DNA from: an uncultured Candidatus Rokubacteria bacterium
GTDB lineage: Bacteria > Methylomirabilota > Methylomirabilia > Rokubacteriales > CSP1-6
Assembly (NCBI GenBank): GCA_963789955.1
Contig: CAWBMV010000001.1
Location: 160,001-224,000, forward strand
Length of the DNA stretch: 64,000 nt
Direction: 5' to 3'
Shown: positions 8,801 to 18,129 of the stretch, piece after piece
Layout of the letters: every line of letters begins with the position of its first letter
Numbering within the stretch: the first letter of the stretch is position 1
Notes under the pieces: model-generated
Database searches by the model: none
What the model was told of the DNA's origin: nothing
What the model saw: only the letters and a program-made list of their open reading frames with translations
Made by a program: the position numbers and the translations under genes

Positions 8801-9912
8801 CCCGTCGTCTCTGGCTCGTGACCGGCTCGCTCGCGCTGGCATCGCTGATCGCGCTCACCGTCGTCTTCACGAGCACCGTCACGGCCCAGCGGCCGGGCGA
8901 GGGGCAGGCGCCGAAGTTCCAGGTCGATCCGTGGTGGCCCAAGCCCTTGCCGAACAACTGGCTCATGGGTCAGGCCGCCGGCGTCGCGGTGGATCGCCAC
9001 GACCACGTCTGGGTCATCCAGCGGCCGCGGACCCTGACCGAGGACGAACGCGGCGCAACGTTGAATCCGCCGCGCTCGCTCTGCTGCGCCCCGGCGCCGC
9101 CCGTCCTCGAGTTCGACGGCGACGGCGTGCTGGTGCGCTCGTGGGGCGGCCCCGGCGCGGGCTACGAGTGGCCCCTGAACGAGCACGGGATCTTCGTCGA
9201 CTATCAGGACAACGTGTGGATCGGCGGCAACGACGCGAAGGATCATCAGGTGCTCAAGTTCACCCGCGACGGGAAATTTCTCCTCCAGATCGGCAAGGCC
9301 GACCAGACCGGCGGCGACGGCGACACCACGCACCTCGGCCGGCCCGCGAACATGAACGTCGACCCGGCGACGAACGAGCTGTTCATCGCCGACGGGTACA
9401 AGAACCACCGCGTGATCGTCTTCGACGCGCAGACCGGCGCCTACAAGCGGCACTGGGGCGCGAACGGCCGGCCGCCCGGCGATCCGAGCGTGAAGTCGTT
9501 CGGCAATCCGGTGCACTGCGCGCGCCTGGCGAAGGACGGGCTGCTCTACGTGTGCGACCGGATGAACAACCGCATCCAGGTCTTCAAGAAGGACGGCACG
9601 TTCGTGAAAGAGTTCATCGTCGCCCCGGCGACGCGCGGCAACGGCTCGGTCTGGGACCTCGACGTCTCGCACGATGCGCCGCAGACCTGGCTCTACAACG
9701 CCGACGGCGAGAACAACCACATCTGGACCTTGCTACGCGACAACGGCCAGATCGTCGGCAAGTTCGGCCGCAACGGGCGGCAGGCCGGTCAGCTCCACTG
9801 GGTGCACAACCTGGCGGTCGACTCCAAGGGCAACGTCTACACGGCGGAAGTCGACTCGGGCAAGCGGGCCCAGAAGTTCGTGTTCAAGGGCATGGGTCCG
9901 GCCGAGCCCTGA
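8797..9912 (+). CDS. Exported NHL-repeat beta-propeller (peptidyl-alpha-hydroxyglycine lyase-like)
   Basis: ATG 8797 with signal peptide; VDPWWPKPLPNNW, ADGYKNHRVIVFD, VCDRMNNRIQVF, HNLAVDSKGNVYTAE. Confidence 0.8.
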   Translation: MTRRLWLVTGSLALASLIALTVVFTSTVTAQRPGEGQAPKFQVDPWWPKPLPNNWLMGQAAGVAVDRHDHVWVIQRPRTLTEDERGATLNPPRSLCCAPAPPVLEFDGDGVLVRSWGGPGAGYEWPLNEHGIFVDYQDNVWIGGNDAKDHQVLKFTRDGKFLLQIGKADQTGGDGDTTHLGRPANMNVDPATNELFIADGYKNHRVIVFDAQTGAYKRHWGANGRPPGDPSVKSFGNPVHCARLAKDGLLYVCDRMNNRIQVFKKDGTFVKEFIVAPATRGNGSVWDLDVSHDAPQTWLYNADGENNHIWTLLRDNGQIVGKFGRNGRQAGQLHWVHNLAVDSKGNVYTAEVDSGKRAQKFVFKGMGPAEP

Positions 9913-9929
9913 TCCGGGCGCCGGCGCCG

Positions 9930-10350
9930 CTACGCCGGAGCGTGGACGAAGGGCAGAACGGCGTAGCGCGCCCGCTCCACCTCGATCGCGAGGACGACCC
10001 GCTGCGCGGGGTTGTCGCGGAACGGAAACGGCTTGCCCGTGTACTTGCGCGAGATCCGGTCCATCGTCTTGAAGTCGGCGTCGGGGCGGCGCTCGACGAT
10101 CCGTCCGCGGATCTGCGCCTCTCGATACGGATTGTCCATGCGCGATGATCGAGAGGCCGACGCGCGCGTCGCGCCGGGTGTTCTTCGCCTTCAGCGACCC
10201 CTCGCCGGTGCTGACGAGGATGAAATCCCCGTCGAGATCGACCCAGACCGGCGCGACTTGCGGCGACCCGTCGGGCATCAGGGTCGCGAGATGAGCGAAG
10301 TTCGCGCCGCGCACGAGCGCCTTGAGATCGTCGGACAGCTTCAGCGGCAT
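9930..10350 (-). CDS. PPOX-class putative F420-dependent oxidoreductase (frameshift near 10140)
   Basis: MPLKLSDD...ANFAHLATLMPDGSPQVAPVWVD...KAKNTRRDARVGLS continues in another frame as DNPYREAQIRGR...ISRKYTG. Confidence 0.8.
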
Positions 10351-10361
10351 TGCAGCATCTC

Positions 10362-11222
10362 CTATGTCTCGATCGGCGTGTCGTCCCGCCCGCCCCACTC
10401 GGTCCAGGAGCCATCGTAGACCGCGACGTCCGGCCGCCCGATCACGTGGAAGCCGAGCGCCAGCACGGAGGCGGTCACTCCGGACCCGCACGACGTGACG
10501 ACGGGCTTGGCGAGATTGATTCCCGCTCCCTCGAGCTTGCGCCGGATATCGTCGGCCGGCAAGAAGGTGCCGTCCTTCTGGTAGAGCTCGTCGTAGGGAA
10601 GGTTGAGGCTCCCGGGGATGTGGCCACCCCGGAGACCCGCACGCGGCTCGGGATCCGTGCCGGCGAAGCGGCCGCGCGACCGGGCGTCGAGCACCTGGGC
10701 CTTGCGCGTCGTGAGGTTCTGGCGCATGCCCGCGAGGTCGCGGACGAGGCTTCGCCGCAGGCGCGCGGTGAAGCGGCGCGGCTTCGGCGCCGGCGTGCCG
10801 GATTGCACGGCACGACCCTCGGCCCGCCACCGCGGGAGGCCGCCGTCGAGCACGAAGACCTTGTCGTGACCGAACACACGAAAGGTCCACCAGACGCGCG
10901 CGGCGCTCGTCACGCCCCGCGTGTCGTAGACGATCACCCGGTCACGGCTGCCGATCCCCAGTCGTCCGACGCTCCCGGCGAAGTCCGCGGCGCGCGGCAG
11001 CATGTGCGGCAAGGTCGTCCCGTGGTCGGCGATCGCGTCGATGTCGAAGAACACCGAGCCCGGGATGTGCGCCTGAGCGAACTCGGCCCGCGCGTCACGC
11101 TTGAGCTGCGGCATGTGCCAGGAGCCATCGAGCACCCGGACGTCGCGCTTGCCGAGATTCTGGGCGAGCCACTCGGTCGTGACGAGCACCGACGCCTTGG
11201 GCGCGCGCGCCGCCGGGCTCAC
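10362..11222 (-). CDS. sseA: 3-mercaptopyruvate/thiosulfate sulfurtransferase (two-domain rhodanese)
   Basis: GTG overlapping the SCO stop. LVTTEWL, HIPGSVFFDID, AARVWW, LDGG, GGHIPGS, CGSGVTA, YDGSWTEWG. Confidence 0.9.
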   Translation of the reverse strand: MSPAARAPKASVLVTTEWLAQNLGKRDVRVLDGSWHMPQLKRDARAEFAQAHIPGSVFFDIDAIADHGTTLPHMLPRAADFAGSVGRLGIGSRDRVIVYDTRGVTSAARVWWTFRVFGHDKVFVLDGGLPRWRAEGRAVQSGTPAPKPRRFTARLRRSLVRDLAGMRQNLTTRKAQVLDARSRGRFAGTDPEPRAGLRGGHIPGSLNLPYDELYQKDGTFLPADDIRRKLEGAGINLAKPVVTSCGSGVTASVLALGFHVIGRPDVAVYDGSWTEWGGRDDTPIET

Positions 11223-11953
11223 CGGACGACCTTGCGCGGCAGCCGGTCCTCGAGCTGAATCGTCTTGATGTCGTTCATGATGACCTCGGGAAAGAGGTAC
11301 GCGGTCGTATAGATCTCGCGGACGACCGCGTGCTCGTCGAGCAGGAACACCTTGAGGACGTGCGCGAGCGGCCCGGCCGGCCGCCCCTGCGCGTCGATCT
11401 CGACGCGCACGTCCTGGCCGAAGCCGTCGAGCAGCGGCACCAGGGCTCGCGGCCGCTCGGTCGTGAGAAAGGCCCACTCGACGCCGTTCGGCGGGGCTCC
11501 CGCCGCGTAGTGGCGCATCACGTCCGGCGTGTCTCGCGCCGGATCGAAGCTGAGCGAGACCAGGCGTACGCGATCGCGCAGCTCGGCATCCTCGGACACG
11601 CGATGCCGCACGGTGTGAAATACCTGATAGGCGAGGGGACAGCCGCGCGCGTCGGCGCACGAGGTGTAGATGAATCCGAGGAGCGTGATCTTTCCCGCGG
11701 TGAAGCGCGACAGCGGGAGCCGGCGGCCGTCCGGATCGAGCACCGGACCATCCGGCGCCCGCATGATCGCGGGCAGCGCGTAGCTGCCGGCCGGCGGGGG
11801 CACGAAGTCCATCGTGACCGCGCCCGGCACGTCGGGCTCGTGCGCGTCCACGACGATCCCCGGCGCGACGACGATCCCCGCGGCGGCGGCGACCGCCGCG
11901 AGGATCACCGCGAGGCGTGAATCAGCGAAGCGTGGCGGTACGCTCGAGCCCAT
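11219..11953 (-). CDS. SCO1/SenC family copper chaperone (start uncertain; may be GTG at 11908)
   Basis: FIYTSCADARGCP, SLSFDPARDTP, a conserved His (LAHVLKVFLLD), and a hydrophobic N-terminus. Confidence 0.85.
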   Translation of the reverse strand: MGSSVPPRFADSRLAVILAAVAAAAGIVVAPGIVVDAHEPDVPGAVTMDFVPPPAGSYALPAIMRAPDGPVLDPDGRRLPLSRFTAGKITLLGFIYTSCADARGCPLAYQVFHTVRHRVSEDAELRDRVRLVSLSFDPARDTPDVMRHYAAGAPPNGVEWAFLTTERPRALVPLLDGFGQDVRVEIDAQGRPAGPLAHVLKVFLLDEHAVVREIYTTAYLFPEVIMNDIKTIQLEDRLPRKVVR

Positions 11954-13247
11954 ACGCGGCCTTCATGGCCTTCGAGCCGAGCTTCATGTGGTGCGCGCGG
12001 CCGAGCTTCTCCTTGTAGAAGTCGACCTCGAAGGCCGGCTTGAGCTCCTTGCCGTCCCAGGAGAAGCCGCGCACGAACTGCTCGTCGTCCGCGCCGCCCT
12101 TGTCCCAGTTGGCGAGCAGCGAGGAGGCGATGTAGACGCGCGTGCCATCCCAGCTCTGCGAGATCATGTTGACCTGCTTGCCGGTGACTTTCTCGTACGT
12201 CTGCTTCGGCTGCTCCGGGTTGGACAGGTCGAAGTAGCGGGTCTTGCCGTCCATGAACGTGTTGACCCAGAGCCCGGTCCCGTCCTTGTTGATGCTGATG
12301 TCGACCGGCAGCGGGATCTTCGTCGGATCCCCGATGATGGCGACCTCCTTGGCCTGCCAATCACCCGAGGCGTCGGGCTTGATGAGCCAGAGCTTCGAGG
12401 TGAGGGCGGAGGCGGTGATCGCCCAGCTGTCGCCGTCCTTGAGCGACCAGCGAATCTCCAGCGGGGCGCCGGGGACGCTCAGGACCTTCTTCGCCTTCAT
12501 CGCTTTGAGATCCCAGACCACCATCGTGTTGCCGAACTTCTTCATCGCCTCGCCGTCCTTCACCAGATCGCCGAGCGCGCGCATGTAGTTCGTGCGCCCG
12601 GTGAAGCTCGACGTCAGCATGACGTTCTTCTGCGGGTTGATCGCGACGTCGTAGCCGTAGCCGTCACCGCCGTCGGTCGTCGGCATGGGATAGGTGGCGA
12701 CCAGCTCGCCCTTGTTGCTGTAGAGCGCCATGCCCGTCACGCCGCCGCCGTCCTTGTTGTTCGACAGGCCCTGGACGATCATGCGGCCGGGCATCGCGTA
12801 GAAGGTGTGCGGGCCGACGTACCCGGTCTTGGCCGGCATGTCCGAGATCGTCCGCACGAGCTTGGGCTTGGCCGGATCGGTGCCGACGTCGAAGATCGAG
12901 ATGCGGCTACTGTCGAGGCCGCCGGCCCAGAGAAAGCGCCGGTCGTCGGTGAAGCCCATGTGGTGCGCTTCGCCCTGCCCCCGCACCGAGATCTTGTGGA
13001 TCACCTTGCCGTAGCGACTCGACGCGGGGTTCACGTCGATCGTGACGAGCTTGTCGGAGCCGTCTCCCATGCCCTTCACGCCGAGCGCCCACACGTAGAG
13101 GTAGTCTTCCTGTCCCTTGATCAGGTTGCCCATGTAGGGTGAGTTGCACGTCTCGTCGGCGCCGGCCGGCAGCGTGGCGACGACGGCGAGCGCGAGCACG
13201 CCGACGATCACGCCGGCGCACAGTCCACGAATTCGATTGCCATGCAT
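11922..13247 (-). CDS. mtoX: Methanethiol oxidase / selenium-binding protein (SBP56 family), exported
   Basis: ATG 13247 after AGGAGG; signal peptide then DETCNSPY; EAHHMGFTDD, GPHTFYA, GYGYD, PLEIRW, SSLLANWDK. Adjacent SCO gene, as in known mtoX clusters. Confidence 0.85.
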   Translation of the reverse strand: MHGNRIRGLCAGVIVGVLALAVVATLPAGADETCNSPYMGNLIKGQEDYLYVWALGVKGMGDGSDKLVTIDVNPASSRYGKVIHKISVRGQGEAHHMGFTDDRRFLWAGGLDSSRISIFDVGTDPAKPKLVRTISDMPAKTGYVGPHTFYAMPGRMIVQGLSNNKDGGGVTGMALYSNKGELVATYPMPTTDGGDGYGYDVAINPQKNVMLTSSFTGRTNYMRALGDLVKDGEAMKKFGNTMVVWDLKAMKAKKVLSVPGAPLEIRWSLKDGDSWAITASALTSKLWLIKPDASGDWQAKEVAIIGDPTKIPLPVDISINKDGTGLWVNTFMDGKTRYFDLSNPEQPKQTYEKVTGKQVNMISQSWDGTRVYIASSLLANWDKGGADDEQFVRGFSWDGKELKPAFEVDFYKEKLGRAHHMKLGSKAMKAAYGLERTATLR

Positions 13248-13285
13248 GCATGGCCTCCTGTCAGCTTCGGGTGAGGGACGTGGTG

Positions 13286-14590
13286 CTACTCGCGCGCGAT
13301 GCGCGCGCCGAGCGCCGTCAAGCGCTCGTCGATCCGCTCGTAGCCGCGATCCACCTGCTGGACGTTGCGAATGACCGATCGACCCTGCGCCGCGAGCGCG
13401 GCGGCGATGAGGGCCATGCCGGCGCGGATGTCGGGCGAGACGATCGTCGCGCCGTGCAGGCGGCTCGGGCCGATCACGAGCGCGCGGTGCGGATCGCTCA
13501 ATAATATGCGGGCGCCCATCGCGATCAGGCTGTCGACGAAGAACAGCCGACTCTCGAAGAGCTTCTCGTGGATCAGCACGGTGCCCTCGCACTGCGTCGC
13601 GAGCACGAGCGCCAGGGGCGTGAGGTCGGCCGGAAAGCCCGGCCACGGCGCGTCGTCGACCTTCGCGATGCCGCCGTCGACATCGGACACGATCGTCCGC
13701 TTCTGCGACGCGGGCACCTGCAGGCTCTCACCGTCGATGTGGGTCTCCACTCCGAGCCGCGCGAACACCAGGCGGATCATCCGGAGGTGATCGGGCGCCA
13801 CCTCGCGCACGCGCAGCGCGCCGCCGGTCATCGCGGCCACCGCGACGAAGGAGCCGATCTCGATGTGATCCGGGCCGACTCGATGGCGCGCCGGCCGGAG
13901 CTCGCGCACGCCGTCGATCTCGAGCACGTTGCTCCCGATGCCACGGATGCGGGCGCCCATCGCGTTCAGGGCATGGCAGAGCCCCTGCACGTGCGGCTCC
14001 GAGGCCGCGTTCAGGAGCCGGGTGGTCCCGTCGGCCATCGCGGCGGCCATGACCGCGGTCTCCGTGCCGGTCACGCTGGCCTCGTCGAGGAACACTTCAG
14101 CCCCGCGGAATCGGCCGGCGAGCTCGAGGCGGTAGTACGCGTCGTCCAGGTTGATCCGGGCCCCGAGCTCGCGGAGCGCCAGCAGGTGGGTGTCGAGCCG
14201 GCGGCGCCCGATCTTGTCGCCGCCCGGCCGGGGCAGGACGGCGAGACCCGTCCGGGCCAGCAGGGGCGCCGCCAGGAGAAACGACGCCCGGATCTCGGCG
14301 GCCAGATCCGAGTCGGGCCGTGACTCACGGAGGCCTCTGGCGTCGACGGTGACCGAGTGCTCCTCCGACCAGTCCACCGAAACGCCGAGAGCCCGAACCA
14401 GCTCGATCAGAGTCGTGACGTCGCGGATGCGCGGCACGTTTTCGATCACCACTGGTCCAGAGGCGAGCAGTGCCGCGGCGAGGAGTGGGAGGGCCTCGTT
14501 CTTGTTCCCGCTCGGGATGACGTCGCCCCCGAGAGGGTAGCCGCCCTGGATTACGAAGCGGTCCCCGGACGTCGAATCCTTAGAAGGCAT
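13286..14590 (-). CDS. murA: UDP-N-acetylglucosamine 1-carboxyvinyltransferase
   Basis: [66 protein letters not shown]. Confidence 0.93.
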   Translation of the reverse strand: MPSKDSTSGDRFVIQGGYPLGGDVIPSGNKNEALPLLAAALLASGPVVIENVPRIRDVTTLIELVRALGVSVDWSEEHSVTVDARGLRESRPDSDLAAEIRASFLLAAPLLARTGLAVLPRPGGDKIGRRRLDTHLLALRELGARINLDDAYYRLELAGRFRGAEVFLDEASVTGTETAVMAAAMADGTTRLLNAASEPHVQGLCHALNAMGARIRGIGSNVLEIDGVRELRPARHRVGPDHIEIGSFVAVAAMTGGALRVREVAPDHLRMIRLVFARLGVETHIDGESLQVPASQKRTIVSDVDGGIAKVDDAPWPGFPADLTPLALVLATQCEGTVLIHEKLFESRLFFVDSLIAMGARILLSDPHRALVIGPSRLHGATIVSPDIRAGMALIAAALAAQGRSVIRNVQQVDRGYERIDERLTALGARIARE

Positions 14591-14835
14591 CGTGAAGGCG
14601 TCGCCAGGAGGAGTCTACGTTAAAGGTCGCTGCGGAAGCCACTCAATGTCAGCCAGTCTCAGGCCTGCTGACATTTCCGTCATGGCCCGACGGCTCGGAA
14701 GGCTCGATTTGCGCCTCACTATGTAAGGCCTTCATTGCGGTCAGGGATTTTCCAGGACGTTTCGCCCTGGTGCATCAGCTTGAAATTGTTTGCCTGACAA
14801 CGTTCGCTCGACTTTGGTCGCTCGCGACTGCCCGG

Positions 14836-14851
14836 CGGTTTAATTCTTGCA
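14836..14851 (+). promoter_or_regulatory. Possible sigma54 promoter (-24/-12)
   Basis: GG (14837-38), 10 bp, GC (14849-50), in the context CGGTTTAATTCTTGCA. An upstream dyad AATGTCAGC/GCTGACATT lies at 14645-14675. Confidence 0.45.
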
Positions 14852-14916
14852 GGTACGAGCTGCTGGCTACTCTATTATGAGAAAGGAATGGCGATGCAGA
14901 TTCTCGCCATAAACCG

Positions 14917-15153
14917 GTGACGGACTACCTTCCGGACACCCCGTGTGTCGCTCGCGCCTATTGTCCCGGTTGTGAGCCAGATGCCGACCCCAGCCTGGAG
15001 ATTCTCGACGTGCGCTGGTGCGAATCCCACTCGCCGGCCCGAGATGGCACCGACGACGAAGTGGTGACCGCCTCCGCGTACCTCTCGGGAAGCGCCGAGG
15101 CGGGCGGCGACGACAACAGGCGCTGGTGCGACATCCTTCACGGCCGCCACTAG
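14917..15153 (+). CDS. Small Cys/His-rich hypothetical protein (true start may be ATG 14894 with an indel)
   Basis: CPGC...WCESH...WCDILH. An AAAGGA RBS precedes ATG 14894, which is out of frame. Confidence 0.6.
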   Translation: MTDYLPDTPCVARAYCPGCEPDADPSLEILDVRWCESHSPARDGTDDEVVTASAYLSGSAEAGGDDNRRWCDILHGRH

Positions 15154-15160
15154 CTCCGCG

Positions 15161-15874
15161 CTAGCCGCCGGACGTCGTCAGCTCGTCGAGCGAGCGGATG
15201 ATCCGGTGCGGCTGCACGGCGCTGCCGTGCGGTAGGCCGGCGCCACCGCGATCCATCCAGACGCCGGTGAGCCCGAGCCGCTGCGGCGCGCCCACGTCCC
15301 ATTCGAGATGGTCGCCGACCATCAGCGCCTCGTCCGGGGTCATCCCGAGCGCCTTGAGCACGTGCCGGTACACCGCCTCGTCCGGCTTCCCCACGCCGAA
15401 CTCACCCTCGACCAGGATCGCGTCGAAGAAGCGCGCGAGATCGTGTCGCTCGATCTTGTCCCGCTGCTGGGTGGCGTCGCCGTTCGTCACGAGCGCGAGC
15501 GGGATGCCGCGCCGACGGAGCTCCGTCAGGCAGGCGAGCGAGTCGGGGAACAGGCGCATCGCCGCCCGTCGTCGGGCCGCGTAGTCGCGCGCGACCGCGG
15601 CCGCGAGCTCCGGAGCGGGTCGGCCGAGCCGCTCGAGGGCGAACTCCACGATGTGCTGCCAGGCCCCGAGCATGTTCACGCGCTCACGACGATGGCGCGC
15701 CGGGTCGTCCCAGAACCATCGGCGCGTCTCGGCGATCGTCGCGACGAGCACGGCGGCATCGATTCCCTCGGGCGTGCAGCACGCGCCGCACGCCTCCGTC
15801 CAGCTGCGATCGGCGCCGCCCGAGTAGTCGAGCAAGGTATCGTCGAGGTCGAACAGCAGGGCCTTCACGTTCAT
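15161..15874 (-). CDS. HAD-superfamily hydrolase
   Basis: MNVKALLFDLDDTL, LVTNG, KPD, MVGDHLEWDV. Confidence 0.88.
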   Translation of the reverse strand: MNVKALLFDLDDTLLDYSGGADRSWTEACGACCTPEGIDAAVLVATIAETRRWFWDDPARHRRERVNMLGAWQHIVEFALERLGRPAPELAAAVARDYAARRRAAMRLFPDSLACLTELRRRGIPLALVTNGDATQQRDKIERHDLARFFDAILVEGEFGVGKPDEAVYRHVLKALGMTPDEALMVGDHLEWDVGAPQRLGLTGVWMDRGGAGLPHGSAVQPHRIIRSLDELTTSGG

Positions 15875-16206
15875 CGCGTGGGATCGAGCTCGACGACGAG
15901 GCCGTTGCCCCAGCCGTATTTCTTCTCCGACAGCTTCCTCACGGCTCGCGCCAGCTCGGGCTCGGTCTTCGCATCGACCACCCGGGCTCGGGCCGCGAAC
16001 GAGCGGCGCCCGACGCGCACGCCGACCCGCGGCGTGACCGTGAGATTGCGCACCCACTGAGCCCGCTCGCGATGCTCGGCGACCAGGTAGTAGCGGCCGC
16101 CACGTTGCGTGAACCAGATCTCGATCTCTCGCGGCCGGCCCGAGCGTCGTCCCGTGGTCGTCAAGTAGAGGTACTGGGTGACCTTACGCCCGGCCGGCTT
16201 CGCCAT
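15871..16206 (-). CDS. Deazaflavin (F420)-dependent nitroreductase family (Ddn-like)
   Basis: LYLTTTGRRSGRPR...WVRNL...PRV motif. Confidence 0.75.
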   Translation of the reverse strand: MAKPAGRKVTQYLYLTTTGRRSGRPREIEIWFTQRGGRYYLVAEHRERAQWVRNLTVTPRVGVRVGRRSFAARARVVDAKTEPELARAVRKLSEKKYGWGNGLVVELDPTR

Positions 16207-16820
16207 CGCCGTGGGCGATGTACACCCAGCACGGTCTCGACCGCCCGGAGCATGAGCGGAAAGTCCATGCTCGCCTGCTCCAGTCCCGTCGCCGCGACCA
16301 TCGCCGGCAGCAGCGGGAAGTGGATGAAGCCGACCCGTGGCGGGCGAGGCATGTTGCGGACCGCGTGGAGCGTCCCGTAGAGGGTTTGATTGCAGAGATA
16401 CGTGCCGGCCGTGTTCGACGTGTAGGCGGGAATGCCCTCGTCGACGAGCGCCTTCACGATGGTCGGTAACGGCAACGTGGACAAGTACGCGGTCGGCCCG
16501 CCCTGGACGCACGGCTCGCCGCTCGCGCGATAGCCCGCGTTGTCCGGCACCTCGTAGTCCATGGCGTTGATGGCGACCCGCTCGAGCGCCACCCGTGCGC
16601 GCCCGGCGGCGAGACCGAGGTGGAGGATCGCCTCGGGATTGGTCTCGGCGAGGAGCGCACCGAGCCGGCTCGCGGTGTCGGCGTGATGCACCGGCAGCAC
16701 CACGCCCATGACGGAGAAGTCGCCGACGCGCCGCCCGTCGATCGCCTTGGCGAGCCCTTCGGTGGGGTTGACGGAGTGAGCGCCGAACGGCTCGAAGCCG
16801 GTCACGAGAATTGTTCTCAC
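16161..16820 (-). CDS. pcp: Pyroglutamyl-peptidase I
   Basis: ILVTGFEPFG, NP, ALERVAIN, AGTYLCN, GFIHFP. The C-terminal tail may be frameshifted. Confidence 0.9.
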   Translation of the reverse strand: MRTILVTGFEPFGAHSVNPTEGLAKAIDGRRVGDFSVMGVVLPVHHADTASRLGALLAETNPEAILHLGLAAGRARVALERVAINAMDYEVPDNAGYRASGEPCVQGGPTAYLSTLPLPTIVKALVDEGIPAYTSNTAGTYLCNQTLYGTLHAVRNMPRPPRVGFIHFPLLPAMVAATGLEQASMDFPLMLRAVETVLGVHRPRRWRSRPGVRSPSTST

Positions 16821-16844
16821 GCGCCTAGTCTGCCATATCGGCCG

Positions 16845-18035
16845 TCAGCCGCGCTGCACCAGCGGCGACAGGCGCGGAAGGGTGAGGGAGACGGCCACCG
16901 CGACCGTCGTCAGGATGAGCCAGGACACCGCGTAGCCACCCGTCGCTTCGAGGACGAGCCCGAAGATCGGCGGGCCGATGAGCGTGCCGCTCCACGAGCA
17001 GGCCGTGGCCGCGCCGGTGAGCAGACCGGCGTGGCGCGGTCCGCCGATCTCGGCCACGAGGGCGAAGTAGAGCCCGACCCAGCCGAAGGCGCCCGCGCCG
17101 GCGACGAAGGCGAGCGGATAGACGAGCCACGTCGGCAGTGAGCTCCCGAGCGCGAGCGTGGCGTACGCGGCGGCGCCGATCGCGGCGCTGGCGACGACAC
17201 CCGGACGTCGGCGGCCGCCGAAGGAGCGATCCGACACCACACCCCACAGGACGCGGCTGACCGTCCCGCCGATCTGGGCGATCGCGAGGAACTGCGCCGC
17301 TCGCACCGCGGAGACGTCGAACGAGTCCTTCGCGTAGAGGACGAGATAGGCCATCAGCGAGGACTGGGCGATCGAGAGCGCCAGCCCGCAACCGAACACG
17401 ACGAGAACCGGGGGCCGCCGGAGAAACTCGCCGAGCTCCGAGAGACGCGCCCGCTCGACCGGCGCGGCGCTCGGGTGAGCCGGCTGCGAGCGGTAGAAGA
17501 TCGCGACGAGCGTCGCCGATGCGAGCGAGAGAAGCCCAGCCGTGGCGAGCGCGTGTCGCCAGCTCCACGCTCGCGCGATCAGGGGCAAGATCAGGGCCGC
17601 CGCCAGTCCACCCAGGGTGAGGCCGGTCTGCTTCACACCCATCGCGATCCCGCGCTCGCGCGGCGGAAACCACTCGACCACGGCCCGGCCGGTCGCGGGG
17701 TTCAGCACGCTGAAGCCGAACCCGCCGAGCACGAGCAGGAAGAGGAGCAGGCCGTAGTCCGGGCTCCACGCGGCGAGCGCGATCATCGAGCCGACCACGA
17801 GCTGACCGAGCGCGAACGTGAAGCGCACGCCCAGGCGATCGGTGAACCATCCCGCCGGAAGGGCCATCAGCACGCCGCCCAGGTAGACGGCCGGCAGGAA
17901 GAGCCCAGCCTGCACGCGCGAGAGCGCCAGCGACTCCAGGAGAAACGGCGCCAGCGGCGCCACCGCCAGGGCGGTGAGCGCGCCGAGCGCGTGGGCGACG
18001 GTCACGAGCGCGAGGATCGGCCACCGGGACGCCAT
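16845..18035 (-). CDS. MFS transporter
   Basis: About 12 hydrophobic segments; GWFTDRLGVR; WFPPRERGIAMGVKQTG. Confidence 0.88.
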   Translation of the reverse strand: MASRWPILALVTVAHALGALTALAVAPLAPFLLESLALSRVQAGLFLPAVYLGGVLMALPAGWFTDRLGVRFTFALGQLVVGSMIALAAWSPDYGLLLFLLVLGGFGFSVLNPATGRAVVEWFPPRERGIAMGVKQTGLTLGGLAAALILPLIARAWSWRHALATAGLLSLASATLVAIFYRSQPAHPSAAPVERARLSELGEFLRRPPVLVVFGCGLALSIAQSSLMAYLVLYAKDSFDVSAVRAAQFLAIAQIGGTVSRVLWGVVSDRSFGGRRRPGVVASAAIGAAAYATLALGSSLPTWLVYPLAFVAGAGAFGWVGLYFALVAEIGGPRHAGLLTGAATACSWSGTLIGPPIFGLVLEATGGYAVSWLILTTVAVAVSLTLPRLSPLVQRG

Positions 18036-18129
18036 CAGGTCTCGACCCTAGGATAGGAGTTCTCATCCGTCTCTCACCGTTGTTTCATCCGCGCGCGGAA
18101 CCCTGAAGGAAAGCTCCGGGAGGTGAAAG

